From assembly GCF_009914755.1 (NCBI RefSeq), contig NC_060925.1: a DNA stretch of 64,000 bases; one strand, written 5' to 3'. This document shows, piece after piece, positions 16,848 through 30,617 of the stretch. Positions within the stretch are counted from its first letter, which is position 1; every line of letters begins with the position of its first letter. The stretch comes from the human T2T-CHM13v2.0 reference genome, Homo sapiens. A model generated the notes under the pieces. The model ran no database searches, was not told the DNA's origin, and saw only the letters and a list, made by a program, of their open reading frames with translations. A program made the position numbers and the translations under genes.

Positions 16848-17734
16848 CTTTGTGGTTTTATCTACTTTTGGTCTTTGATGATGGTGATGTACAGATGGGT
16901 TTTTGGTGTGGATGTTCTTTCTGTTTGTTAGTTTTCCTTCTAACAGACAGGACCCTCAGCTGCAGGTCTGTTGGAATAGCCTGCCGTGTGAAGTGTCAGT
17001 GTGCCCCTGCTGGGGGGTGCCTCCCAGTTAGGCTGCTCGGGGGTCAGGGGTCAGGGACCCACTTGAGGAGGCAGTCTGCCCGTTCTCAGATCTCCAGCTG
17101 CGTGCTGGGAGAACCACTGCTCTCTTCAAAGCTGTCAGACAGGGACATTTAAGTCTGCAGAGGTTACTTCTGTCTTTTTGTTTGTCTGTGCCCTGCCCCT
17201 AGAGGTGGAGCCTACAGAGGCAGGCAGGCCTGCTTGAGCTGTGGTGGGCTCCACCCAGTTGGAGCTTCCTGGCCGCTTTGTTTACCTAAGCAAGCCTGGG
17301 CAATGGTGGGCGCCCCTCCCCCAGCCTCGCTGCCGCCTTGCAGTTTGATCTCAGACTGCTGTGCTAGCAATCAGCCAGACTCCGTTGGCGTAGGACCCTC
17401 CAAGCCAGGTGCGGGATATAATCCCGTGGTGTGCCGTTTTTTAAGCCTGTCGGAAAAGTGCAGTATTCGGGTGGGAGTGACCCGATTTTCCATGTGGGTC
17501 TGTCACCCCTTTCTTTGACTCGGAAAGGGAACTCCCTGACCCCTTGCGCTTCCCAAGTGAGGCAATGCCTCACCCTGCTTCGGCTCGCGCATGGTGGGTG
17601 CCCACTGTCTAGCGCTCCCTAGTGAGATGAACCCGGTACCTCAGATGGAAATGCAGAAATCACCCGTCTTCTGCATTGCTCACGCTGGGAGCTGTAGAAC
17701 GGAGCTGTTCCTATTCGGCCATCTTGGTTCCTCC
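16848..17734. promoter_or_regulatory. L1 #1 5'UTR with sense (minus) and antisense (plus) promoters
   Basis: YY1 site 'gccatctt' at ~17718-17725; residual CpG richness. Confidence 0.7.
17303..17518 (+). CDS. ORF0: Intact 71-aa LINE-1 ORF0 (antisense ORF of the L1 5'UTR)
   Basis: MVGAPPPASLPPCSLISDCC...HPFL, 72 codons incl. stop; gcaATGG context; donor AG|GTGCGG at 17408/9. Expression unknown. Confidence 0.75.
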   Translation: MVGAPPPASLPPCSLISDCCASNQPDSVGVGPSKPGAGYNPVVCRFLSLSEKCSIRVGVTRFSMWVCHPFL

Positions 17735-18639
17735 TCTCTTCCACATTTTTATCAATTACTCAAGTTGTTTTCACAGCCTCCAGATCTTCCTCCTCCATCA
17801 GCCCAATCCGTGACCACTGGGTTAATCCTCCCAAAGTATTGATACAATTAGGTCACTCACTGCTCAAACATTCCCATTTTATACAAAATGAAGTTCCAAC
17901 CCCTTAACCTGGCTTCAAGACCTTCCACAAACAATGTTTCCAACTTCCTATCCCACAGTACCCAAATATTGGGTCAATGATAGCTCATTTCCAGTCTTTG
18001 CAAATACTGTGTTCTTTCCCCTTCTCTATCATTTCTCCCTGCTCTTCCATATGCTGGGAAAGTCCTACCTGCCTCCACATCCTGTTTTCCCCTTTGGGGA
18101 TCACAGGCACACTTTGAGTCCTTGCCAAGATTCCACTGTCTCAGGATGCCTTCTAGAATCCCCTACCCCACATGCGAAGGAGATTTTCCCTTATCTATTG
18201 GATCAGGTGACCAAGAAAGCTCAATGTTGGACCCCTCCACACATAGACAAAAGGGATTCGTTTCATACCAGGGACAAGAGGAAACAATCATGGAACTTTG
18301 GGTATCAAGATCAATGGCAGGGTGGGCATAGGAGACTGAGGTGCTCATAAACATCATTTCACCTAGGTTGCTGTGAACATTGACTCATGACAGAATAAAT
18401 GCACATGGTTATATCTATTTCTTCTCAAAATGCCAAATTTCTAAAATGACTACAAATTATTTTTAAAATATAAATTCACAAAGACAAAGATCATGGAAGT
18501 AGAGACTATAGTAAATGAGAAATATCACATAATCTTTGAACCTGGAAAGCAGATGGGAAACAACTGATTTCCCAGGACAGTGAAACTTAAGTTCCATGGT
18601 GAAGAAACAATGAGAGGCATCCCACCTGCATCAAATGCC

Positions 18640-19225
18640 TCCTACGCATCACTTCACAACCTCCTGGTCTTGCCTTTTGCCACTTACTCCTCACCATGTA
18701 TTATGCCATAGCCAGCTGTTCATAGGATCTAAACAGATTCATGCAGGCACCAGCCACCAGTGCCTCACCTCATGTTTGCGCTGCCCTGCAGCTTTCCTGT
18801 TGACACTATGGGACTTGCTCAGTGCCCATCCTGCACAACCCAGAACTGCAGAGAAGTTAACTCCCTTTAGGTGAACTTTTGACCAGTGTGATCAAGGGAT
18901 TAGTAAGTAAATTCATCCCTCTTCCTTCCCTCACATAGATTATACCAAGGTGCAGTCATATTTAAAAGCCATCGACTCCACTGCAGGAGTCAGTGGCTCT
19001 TGAACCATGTTAGATTTTCTGTTTCCTGGACTTGATATATTTTTCTTTTTTGATTTATTTGTGGCTTTTGATTTATTTGATGGCCAGCACAGGAACACAT
19101 TTTGTGTTTGCTCTCCTTTACCCCTGCCTCACTCCCATTTTCCCTTACTCCTTTGTTCCTGGGATTGAGCTGCCTACTATAACACAGTACATAAAGGCTA
19201 TGTTTTCTTAATCATGCTGAGATAC
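18640..19225. mobile_element. LTR16-family (ERVL) solo LTR, interrupted by a templated insertion
   Basis: 'cagaactgcagagaagttaactcc...gaccagtg...gtaaatt' LTR16-like motif. Confidence 0.55.
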
Positions 19226-19436
19226 CACCAGAAAGCCAGAAAAATAATCAAGGACAGATAGCCCCCAGAGATCTTTGAAGGCAAGTGTGAGGGATGGGGC
19301 TAAAAACAGGAGGGTCTTTTAAAATCTATATAAGAAGTTTATGCTCTCAGATCCCCTTCCAGTCCCAGATGCCAGGCAACTGCACCTCTACCACCCTGCA
19401 TAAGTCTTGAGTAAAGTTTATGCATTGGAGAAGCTT

Positions 19437-19744
19437 ATTTATCTATTTTCTTTTTGAGAGACAGGGCCTCACTCTGTCGCCCAGGCCGGAGTGCAGTGGC
19501 ATGATCATAGCTCACTGTAACCTCAAACTTCTGGGCACAAACAATCCTCCTGCCTCAGCCTCCCAAGTAGCTAGGACTACACGTGCGTACCATGACACCC
19601 AGCTAATTTTTAAATTTTTTTGTAGAGATAGCGTCTTGCAATGTTGTCCAAGCTGGTCTCAAACTCCTGGTTTCAAGCGATAATCCCACCTCAGCCTCCC
19701 AAGTTGGTATCCTCAAGTTCAAACTCTTATTGAAACTCCTGGCC
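19437..19744 (-). mobile_element. AluJ with rearranged 5' end
   Basis: 'atgatcatagctcactgtaacctcaaact' J-type text; degenerate TSD TGGAGAAGCTT (19426-19436) / TGGAAAAGTTT (19745-19755). Confidence 0.9.
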
Positions 19745-19783
19745 TGGAAAAGTTTCAATAAGACTTTGAACTTGAGGATACCA
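19705..19783. repeat. Near-perfect hairpin: 33-bp arms (32/33), 13-nt loop
   Basis: 19705-19737 is the reverse complement of 19751-19783 apart from one C/C mismatch (19724/19764). Confidence 0.98.
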
Positions 19784-20511
19784 GACACCACTGAGGGCAG
19801 GGCTGAGTAATCTTACTGAAAACGTGGAGATTGAGCATCTAAATATTAGAAAACAAAGTCCAAAGAAACAAATAAAGACAATAAACTTGAAGGGAACAGA
19901 GACAATGTATACAACAGAAAAGAACCATTTTAAAACAATTTCCCAAAAAAATAAGATATTGCATCCATGAAACAAGAGCAGAGTACTATAAAAAATTGAA
20001 AGCACAGAAGAACTTTTGGAAATTAAAAATATAATAGCATAAATAAAAGTTTTAATAGATTGGGGGGGAAGTGAGGAATTGTTTTGATACTGAAACAAGA
20101 AGACAAACAGATGGAAAGCTATCTTTTTTTAAAGCGGGGAATCAATCTAGAGGCCCAATATCCAGCTAATAGAACTTCCAGAGAAAGAATAAGAGGATAC
20201 CGAATGTGCCTAATATAATAAGTTTTAAAAGAACCACACAAGACACATGCTCATGAAATTTTAGAACAAGGATAAAGAGAAAAACTTCAGAGGGAAAAAT
20301 ACATTTAAAAAATCAGATAACAAAATGGCATTTGATACATCTACAAAAATATTAGAAGCTAGGAGATAACAAACCAATATCTTTAACATTCCAAGAGAAA
20401 AAATAAATTTTATCTAACCTGGAATTCAATAGCCAGCCAAACTTTCTCTTACTCTGTCTTACATGTTCAGCAAGGTCTAAAAAAAGACTGATCTACCATA
20501 AATCTTTCTCA

Positions 20512-20902
<391 letters not shown>

Positions 20903-22854
20903 TCAAAGGCATGATTTCTTGGGATTAGAGTGAAGGGAAATCCCAAGGTCATGGCAGTGTAGTGAACCTTGGAGAGTGAGCAGCCCAGGGACAAGGCTGG
21001 TTGAAGCCTCCTGGCGGGTATTCATCCTAGGAAGAACTCATTAGGACACACAGACTACCTCATGTGTTCAACTTTACTGAGGGGAGTTTGATAATTTTGT
21101 TAAGGAGTCTGAAGATGAATTATGTATTTATTACATATTAAACAAACAACCAAAATGAGCAAAGATTGATCCCAGGGAAAACAAAAAGTTATTCAAGAAC
21201 AGAAATGTAATCATTACAGCTTGACTGTTAACATTTGCATGGCAACAATAACAGATACGCTATCTAATCAAAAGTATTAAATAACTATATTAGATTGGGG
21301 GAAGGAAATATTTATGGTACGGTGGGTGGAGGGAGAGAGGGTGGTGAAAGATCCAATTCTCCCCTTCTGTGTTGGGAAAGCAATAAATAATAAGTACAAA
21401 TTTTTAAATCCAGAAGTGGTTATACATTTACATTATTTAGAAACAAAAATGTAATTATCAAGAGAAATAGAAAAAGTTGGATGTTTGCCTTTGGGAAATG
21501 GGACACAGCATTAGGATGAATAGGAGAGGCAACTGCTTTCTTCTGTTATTAATCTTGTGAATTCCATTTGACTTTTAAAACTATGTACATTGTTACTCTG
21601 ATTAGAAGTGGGGGTGGGCAGGCTGGTTGTGAGAACTATAACAGTATGTTACATGAAATTTTTTTTTATTGTCTTGGAATTTGGGCTGAGGCTCCAAAAC
21701 TGAGAAAAATGATGGTGAAATGCCCACACATTCTGAGAGAGTGCTTAGACACATCTCATCTTCAGGGTTTGCACAGGAAAATTCCATCTGTGACCCTCAC
21801 CCCATCACCTGCTTCAGTCCCATAAATAAAAGCAGGTAAATCAAGGATGGTTCAGAGAGCGGATTTCCTGGGACTTGTTACCTTACTTAGTAAGGAGTCC
21901 TGTCCCCTCACCTCAGTCTTGCAGAGAAACACATTTAGAAAGCATAGGCCATCTGCAATGAGCAGAAGGAAACCTTCACTCCATAAGGCTGAAGCAAAGC
22001 AGGGAAAGAGCTTCTGGAGGACCTAAACTACATCTGGGGAGTTTGAGGGGCACAGAGACTAGGGACTGGCACCTGATCCTCACCTGGCAGCAGAAGGTTG
22101 GGGCCGGCTGGAGCTGCCTGTCAGAGCTACCTGGGAGCCCCGAGTCTAGTGGGGCTTTCCCTGGGATAAGCAGATGTCACAATAAGAGCCAGATTAGAGT
22201 TATCTTAAGAGGAACCTGCCCTAAAGGACTGCTTGCTGGGATAAAGTGACCCCAGCAGAGAAGCTGGGTAGGGGGCATGATCCTGGAGAAGGAGCTTAGG
22301 AGAAGTCATTGGAGGTCATCCAGAAGTCCTCATGTTAGAGAACACTGAGGGAAACATTTAAAGGACCCACGAAAGCACCCCATGAGGGAAAGAGCCAGCA
22401 TCTGGACATCCAAAGAGCTCGCACAGGTCCCTGCTACCAAACTGCAGCAGCACCAATCTAGTTAGATGTGTCCTTCTCTCTGCTTTCCCCTCCCACCTGG
22501 CCCTGCAAGAGCCACAGGCAGTGGCCAGTAGGGGGGATGGGATGGAACAGGGAGCTTAAGAAATAAACAGCCACCTTCCACCCCACCTCAGGCGGCTAAG
22601 CATGAGTAGGGCCTGAGTTGGGAGGAAAGAGAAAAGCTTAAATTGGATGTGAAATGAAAGTATTGATTTAGATCCACCTGGCCTTTTTAATACCTGTAAA
22701 TAAAACTTCTAATATCTGAAAGTGACTGGAAAAGCTATAGAATCTGTCCAGGGGCAGAGAAGGGTTATCCAACAGGGCAGGTTTGAAGGACAAGTTGTTA
22801 TTTGCTGGTTCATTTTTTGAAAGTTACCCTATTTTTTTTTAAAAGGAACCAACA

Positions 22855-23373
<519 letters not shown>

Positions 23374-24627
23374 TCAACACCCAGCGATTGATGTCAAACA
23401 GGACTTTAAACTCCTACGAGGCCAGTAACTGACACCATCTCTCCAGGGACAAGTTATTTCCTCTTCCTCAGCCTCACTTTCCTCATCTCTAATGTAGGAA
23501 AATAATGCTACCTATTTCACAGGCTTGTTATGGGGATTAAGGGAGATCATTCACACTGAGTTCAGCCTATTGCCTGGCACATAGCAAGACGTGATGAACA
23601 GTATCTACTGTTACTAAACTATACTGCACCCTGAATAAAAGATGATGAAAGGAAGCAATAATTCAGGAGTGCCTGGAATACCACAAATACTCAATAATTG
23701 GTTGAATGAAAACTGAGTTTCTTCTCTCCTGTAAAGATACATATTCTTGTATGGAATGGATTGCATTCTGCATTGTATTGTAGATATTTCATAAAAACAG
23801 AATCATAAAATCGGGAGGCATCTGGAACTCATTGAATTAGATATTTTTTTCCCTGATAGACTGTGAACTACTTAGAGGTAGAGGCCATATCTTGTACTTT
23901 ATTCATTAACTTATTTATTTACGCATTCAAGAAATATATATGTGAGATCTGTGGGTAAAGTATTGCATAAGGTATTTAGAGAAAGAGAGAGATTGTTAGA
24001 ACTTAGATCCTGCCCTCGGGAGCGTAAAACCTAAGCAAAGATGAGAATAGTGGCAGGAACAGAGGTGCAGATGGTGTCCTGGGACAGCGCAGCACATTTC
24101 ACCCTGTGCAGCACTCCTCACAGTGCCCGACACAGAGAGAGCATGCACCAAATGGTGTGAACCAATAGTGAACAAACGTGCCTGTGACCAGGAGAGTATG
24201 CATGCCTAGGACAGGAAAATGAGTGACCTGAGCAGACATTGTGGGCATTCAAATTTGATGGTGCCATGGGAAGTGAATGAATGGTGTGCCAAGCTCTCTG
24301 TCCCAGGTTATCTATTCAGTCCTTTCTTCCAGCCTGCTCTGTGCCCATGTTGCCCTCTGCACTATAGAAGTTTATTGGACTCATTTGGGAGCTCAGTGTT
24401 GATCTGATTAGATCATTTCCCAAATTCAAGACAGATACAATATCTGGCCAGGGCCTTCATTATGTCAGAAGGAAGAGAGGACTGAGGAGAGGGAGGCACG
24501 AGGAAGGTGACTGGCTCCAACTGCATCAGGTGTCTTCCCTCTGGGGCCCTTCCTTTAATGGTGTTGCTTCTGGAGGAGAAGTAGACCATGTGCGGTTCAT
24601 CTTCACACTTTTTTTCTCTCACTCTAG

Positions 24628-24710
24628 GAGCTCAAGTATTCACGAGAGCATCCACAGTTACATGTGCATTCACAGCATGCTCCAACAGATGCACCCCCAA
24701 GCTCTCACAA
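24628..24710 (+). other. Candidate 83-nt internal exon of unknown (probably non-coding) transcript
   Basis: Acceptor 'cttcacactttttttctctcactctag|G' and donor 'CAA|GTAAGA'; no protein similarity recognised. Confidence 0.3.
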
Positions 24711-25434
24711 GTAAGAGATGCCACTCTTCACCCAGACACTTTGCATTGCAATGGTACATCAGGGAATCATCAGCCTTCCTTCTCCAACGCCCCCTACAAC
24801 CACCACCACCAAAAACTGGGGCTTCCAATGCTGGAAATTCTACATTGGCAAACACCCCAAGAAGGGACCCAGCATTCAACCTTCTCAGTCACTCATGCCT
24901 CAGGACAAGTGGGAGCAATGGATCCTTTCTGAGTGGGCAGTAGGAGACATGAAAATTGAGCAGACAGAGAGGGTCTAACTCCGTGCAGTAACAAAGAATT
25001 TGGACAAGGGCAGTTGGAGTTACCTTCTACTGTTTAGCTTAATTTCATCCAATTTCCATTGTACTGTCCACCAACCACATCCTAGGCATTGTTCTGAGCA
25101 CCAGGGAGAAACAGGGAATATGACCCAGATCCAGAGCAACTCACAGCTTAGCTGCTATCAAGTAAATAAACAAGTGGTACGTAAACAAAAGCAATAAGTT
25201 CTACAATTGAGGTAAAGATTAGGGTGATAGCACAGTGGAGGGACAACTAAACCCAGGCCAAGAGGCAAGGGTTAGGAAGGAGAACTTCTTAGAGATGGTA
25301 CACACAAGAGCTGAACCTTTAAGCTTAGAATTAAGGGTGCACCCTGCCAATATTTTAAAATGAAATCACCATAGGCCATTGAAATTGGACAGGAATGCTC
25401 CCTAAGTCTGGACAATTTCCACTCTCTAGAGATG

Positions 25435-25650
25435 TAGGGTGATATAGCAGAAAGCACAGAGATCCAGGCTGGGGCGCTCTGAGTTCATATGCCAGCCTCA
25501 ACGTCCTCCAGCCAAATGGTTTGGGAAAGGCACTTAGCCTCTCTGAGCCTCATTTTCCTCAAGGTTCTATCCACCCTGTCTGCCTCCTCTGGTTGTTGTG
25601 AAGACCCGATGAGATAACCTGGGTGTAAACACTCTATCAACTATTACCGT
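25435..25650 (+). mobile_element. MIR relic
   Basis: 'cacttagcctctctgagcctcattttcctc'. Confidence 0.65.
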
Positions 25651-27665
25651 ATGAGTCATTGCCTTTCTCTGTTTTGGCAAATCCCTCCTCCCTGCCTCCC
25701 TGAGTGCCAGGGTGTGCTTAACAAAGGGCTTTCTTTCTTGACACACCAACTCCAAGCTTTCTGAAATATCCCTTGGGGCTGTCATGAGGGCCCCAAGCAT
25801 CTGTTCCCGGCTCCAGGCTTCAGTCTCAGGAAGCAAAATCTCCATGGGGAGAAGCGTAAAGTGGAGACCCAACAGGAAATGAGTTGCTTGGGGTTTGGGA
25901 GTAATGAGCATATGAGCCAGCCGTATTAATAACTGCACAATAAGGACTCTAGCAATGGTTTGGATCAGAGTCCTCTCCCTACAAGTGCCAGTGACCTGTC
26001 TAAGCAATAATTGTAATATTAAATATTCAGTGTTTTTATTAAATTAATAATACCTTTTTTGCTCTCTGTAATCACTCATATCCTTTCTTTGTACTCCGTT
26101 TATTCTGAAAATCCACCGACAAGTAGAAAATAAATAGAAGTTCAAAGATGGAAGGAAGGCCAAGAGCTAGGGCTGTCTGAGCCTCCTTGATTTTGTCTCT
26201 CAGAGATGTATCAATGTCCATGGCTTTGAGGGTTACAGTCTCAGTTACATGATAGCATTTAATGGAAGAACCAAAGGTTTAACTCCTGGACGGGCTGACC
26301 TTTGGCAAGAGTATGAAATATGTGAGCATGGCAAAATGGTGAAAAGTGCAATTACATTCCAGAGACTTGGGCTCAAATCCAAATACTGTCAGCTCACCTT
26401 TAGATAGGAAAGCTGACCTCTGTGATATTCAGTGTCTTATTCGTAAAATAATCACTGTCTCATCTCCCTCCTAAAGCTCTTGTGAGAACAAAATGAAATA
26501 TTGGAGGTAAAACTGATCTGTTGATTGTAAATTAGTTAACAACATAGGTAAATATTATCCCACAGCTACCTCCTGTGTTGCAGGCATTTTCTTGTTCCTA
26601 GTCTGTTGCCCCAAGTACCATACTAGAGAGCCCTGTTAAAGCCTGCCCTCTGTGGACAGTTCCTCTTTTTATAAATGTAGCCCAGTTGCCTAATTTTCAT
26701 GAGTTATTAGAAAACAAAGTGGCCATTTTACTAGTTTAAGTTAATGTGTGAATAAAGATTTATATTCAGGAGCTGTCAACCCTACAGGACCTGTTACTCC
26801 CAATGCACTAATCTCTAATGGAAACTCAAATTAAACTCTAATGAGCTCAAGGAAGACATGTTACAGGTGAATGGGACTTTTCCCATGTTCTTCAAATTGA
26901 ATATACTCAACCTGGTCATATCACTGTCTATCTGTAAAGTCCATAGATCTCAGGATGATATTCAGGGTCCTTCATAATTTGGCTCTAACATTTCTTTCCA
27001 ACTTTATTTTCCATTACCTCCATGAATTCTTCCCTTTGGTCACATGGAACCTCTGGTTATTCCACATTATATACCTCATGCTTTCTGGTCTCCATGCCTC
27101 TATTTATGCTATTGCACTTGCCTGGAATGTCCATGCCCTCACCTCTGCAGGTTCACATTCTACTCATTTTGTAAGACTGAGCTCAAAGTCCCATTTCAAG
27201 CACAAAATATTCCCTGATTCCTCACTACAGGGATGATCTCCTCTTCCTACATCAGGAAGGATGCCTCTCCTATAGCTTCCATTTTCTATCCTGTGTGATG
27301 GTTATTTGTACACACACTTTAGCTCAAGAAGGACCCCATTCCCAAAATATACAACTCATTGATATCTGAACTTTTGTCTGTAGACTCTCAGTTAATCAGC
27401 ATATTAATTTGCTTCTATTTGATTCAAAACAAAGTAGGAACCACGGGGAATATTCAGAAGTTTCTCTGAGGGAACCTGTGATTTCACTGAGGTGACTAGT
27501 AGTTGATACAAACAAGAAATGCTTTAGTAAAGACCAAGAAGAGCTCACCAACATTGAAATAGACCTTTCTTTGGGTTAAATATTGCCTTTCCAGAAATCC
27601 TCTTTTAATGCACATGTATTCCTGATAGCGAGTATCTCAACATGCTTCCAACATGATGGCATGAT

Positions 27666-27739
27666 GGGTGACAGAGTGAGACTATGTCTGAAAGAAGGAA
27701 AGAGAGAAGGAAAGCAAGAAAGCAAGAAAGCAAGCAAGC

Positions 27740-27807
<68 letters not shown>

Positions 27808-27900
27808 AAAGAAACACAGAGAGAGAGGGAGGGAGGGAGGAAGGAAGGAAGGAAGGAAGGAAGGAAGGAAGGAAGGAAGGAAGGAAGGAAGGAAAGAAAA
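27666..27900 (+). repeat. 25-bp Alu 3' stub followed by compound (GCAA)n(GAAA)n(GGGA)n(GGAA)n microsatellite
   Basis: 'gggtgacagagtgagactatgtc' then ~210 bp of purine-rich tetranucleotide repeats. Confidence 0.92.
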
Positions 27901-28721
27901 CCCAGAGAAGCGACTGGGAGATGAAACTGTGGCTGGTCTTAAATATTAAACTTTCAACAGAGTCCACAGCTCCTAAGAACTCTAATATATTAGAAATGCT
28001 GCTAAGACCCTTCATTCGATGTGCATCTTTCAGATTATTCTAGAATCAGATCAGGCTTCTAACTACATCATAACTAGTATAAAAAGAAAAAAGTTATAAT
28101 AGCGCTTTACATTTATATAATTCTGTATAGTTTACAAACCAGTTACACATATCTTTTTTCTCTTTAGCCTGTCACACTGGAGATCCAACCACATGCTGCA
28201 AGAAGTGTAGTTCACATTTCTTGAATAACAAAAACCAGAGGTGATATGTTGAGAGCTCCCCATCCTCATTCCACAAGATGTCTTAGAAAAGTTTCTGCGT
28301 TCTTTTGGTTTCATGACTTCTGCTCCACATGGCTGTGTCTTTCATTCCATTTAGAATCAGGGAATCCAGGGGGATAGAAGGGGAAAATCAAAGATGAATC
28401 AAAATCTGGTGACCTCATCAGAGAGCTGTAATATGATGATGTCAATCCAAACGATGCAGCGAATTAGTGTTTATAATCTCTGATGGCAAAACCCCACTTA
28501 TTTATGTCAATTCTACACAAATATCCTCAGTACACTCCTACTTCATATCAGTGTGATGTCCTTGTGCAGCTATGATGGGTCTAGTCAGTCTCCAAGAAAC
28601 CCCAGAAAGCCTTCAGGGCCCAGAGGGCCAAGGCTGGCCACCAGAAGTCACAGCGGTGGGAGTTGTGACCCCTTGTTGATTCGGTAGATGCTTCTATGTG
28701 TTTTCAATAAAAATTTAAGGC

Positions 28722-29105
28722 AGTGATTCAACCTAGCTGCACACTAGAATCACTTATGAAACTTTTAAAACACACCAAAGCCTGAACAATATTCTTACAT
28801 ATTCAGATTCTATTTTTGAGGCAAGCTGCTGGTACCTGGCCTCAATATTTTTACAAGGCTCTAGGTGATTCTAAAGTGCAGCCAGTGTTGAGAACCATCA
28901 CTCTAGATGCAGAGGTTCTCATATTTTAGTAAGCACCAAAATTACCTTGAGAGTTTGTGAAAACACAGATTTTAGGGCCTGCTTCCAGAGTTTCTGATTC
29001 AGCTGAGCTGCAGTGGGAGCTGAGAATTTGCACTCACGACTGATTCCCAGGTGATGCTTATGATGCTAACCCAGGGACTATACTTTAAAAATCACAGCTC
29101 TAAAG
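28722..29105. mobile_element. Two adjacent MER5-family elements
   Basis: 'cagtgattc...aggtgattctaaagtgcagccagtgttgagaacca' then 'gcagaggttctc...cccaggtgatgct'. Confidence 0.75.
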
Positions 29106-30114
29106 TGTCACAAAGCCTTTTACTTACATATCAAAACCAATTCACCTAAACCTTTCTACTTATGAGAAACATCCCTCACTGGCTACCAGACAGTTCTACT
29201 TATTTAGGCTTAATTATTTGCCTGACTCAGTGTGAAACAATGAAGTACAGTGAAACTCTCAGTTTCAAGCCGTCACTCTCCCATTCCCTCTCTCTTTCCC
29301 TCCCCTCTATGCTTTGATGGAACCTGGAGAGCAGTTTGTTTTTTTGAAAATCCCAAGAAGGTCATTTCTGTAAATTTGCCTGGGAGCCCTAAATGTCTAC
29401 TCAATAGTTAGGGTTGCGTCATGCTGGGTCAGTTCTTGGCAGAGACTGATGGGCTCTAACTTCAGCACCTTGGAGAGTGGCCTCTGTGCTACACTCAGAG
29501 ATGGAACAAGGACAATGGAACTGTGGTAATCATTCCCAGTGAAAAGGAGGAAGAATAAATGGCACACAGAATTCCCTGATCTGTGACAAATTTATAAATC
29601 CCATTAGGCAAGCATTGTAAAGTTCCTTGATATTACAAGTCCCTTAAAATTTAATGGGCTTCTGATCTATTTACTTCTAGTTACTTGCATGTGCCAATAA
29701 CCATATAAAATTTTTCAGCTTTGCTTTACTTGCTTACTTTCCTGCCCATATGCCTTTTTCCTTCTATTTCCCCTTCCCTCCCCACCTGCTCTCTCTTCTC
29801 TATTAACGACAGCTATTTTAAGTCTATCAGGCTGTGAAAGGCTGTCTCTATCATTAAGAATAGTGCCTTGCACCTGGTAAGTGATCAATAAATAAATAAT
29901 CATTGAATAAAGTATTTAGGAGGAAGTATACCATTATCTTCAATTTATCTTGAAATGCACCAAGATATTTAAGTGTGTCTGTAGTTTGAACACTCACCTG
30001 GAAGACTCACCTGGAGGGTTTGTTAAACCACAGATCATTGTCCCACTGTAGAGCTTCTGATTCAGTTGTTCTGTGGTCTGGAGTGGGACTGAGGTGGTTT
30101 GATAGATGGTTAGA

Positions 30115-30341
30115 AGGAGTTCGAGACCAGTCAGGCCAACATGGTGAAACTCTGTCTCTACTTAAAAAAAATGCAAAAAATTAGCCAGGTGTGGTGGTGG
30201 GCATCTGTAATCCCAGCTACTCAGGAGGCTGAGGCAGGAGAATCACTTGAACCTGGGAGGTGGAGGTTGAAGTAAGCCAAGATTGAGACGTTGCACTCCA
30301 GCCTGGGTGACAAGAGCAAAACTGTCAATAAAAAAAAAAAA
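30115..30341 (+). mobile_element. 5'-truncated AluS
   Basis: Starts 'aggagttcgagacc'; A tail; short TSD AGAAGGA. Confidence 0.9.
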
Positions 30342-30574
30342 GAAGGATGAAGAGATTATTATGTAATAATATAAATATACTAAATTGCTAATGGCAGAAG
30401 CTGGGTAGTGGGTATATAGATCTTCATTGTAAAATTCTTCATTGTGAAATTCTTTCAACGTTATGTATGCTTTTAAATTTCTATAATAAAATGTTGAAAA
30501 ATGACAATGTAGTGCCTAGTGTTTGTGTACCTGGCTTTAAAGAGCACAGAAATTTACAGTTCAGATCTGTGCGT

Positions 30575-30607
<33 letters not shown>

Positions 30608-30617
30608 CTCTCTCTCT
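30575..30617. repeat. (CT)n microsatellite
   Basis: Direct reading. Confidence 0.95.

Noticed and set aside
22522-22538. CTCF-like motif TGGCCAGTAGGGGGGA
   Set aside because: Lacks the conserved C after the G run; unsupported without ChIP data.
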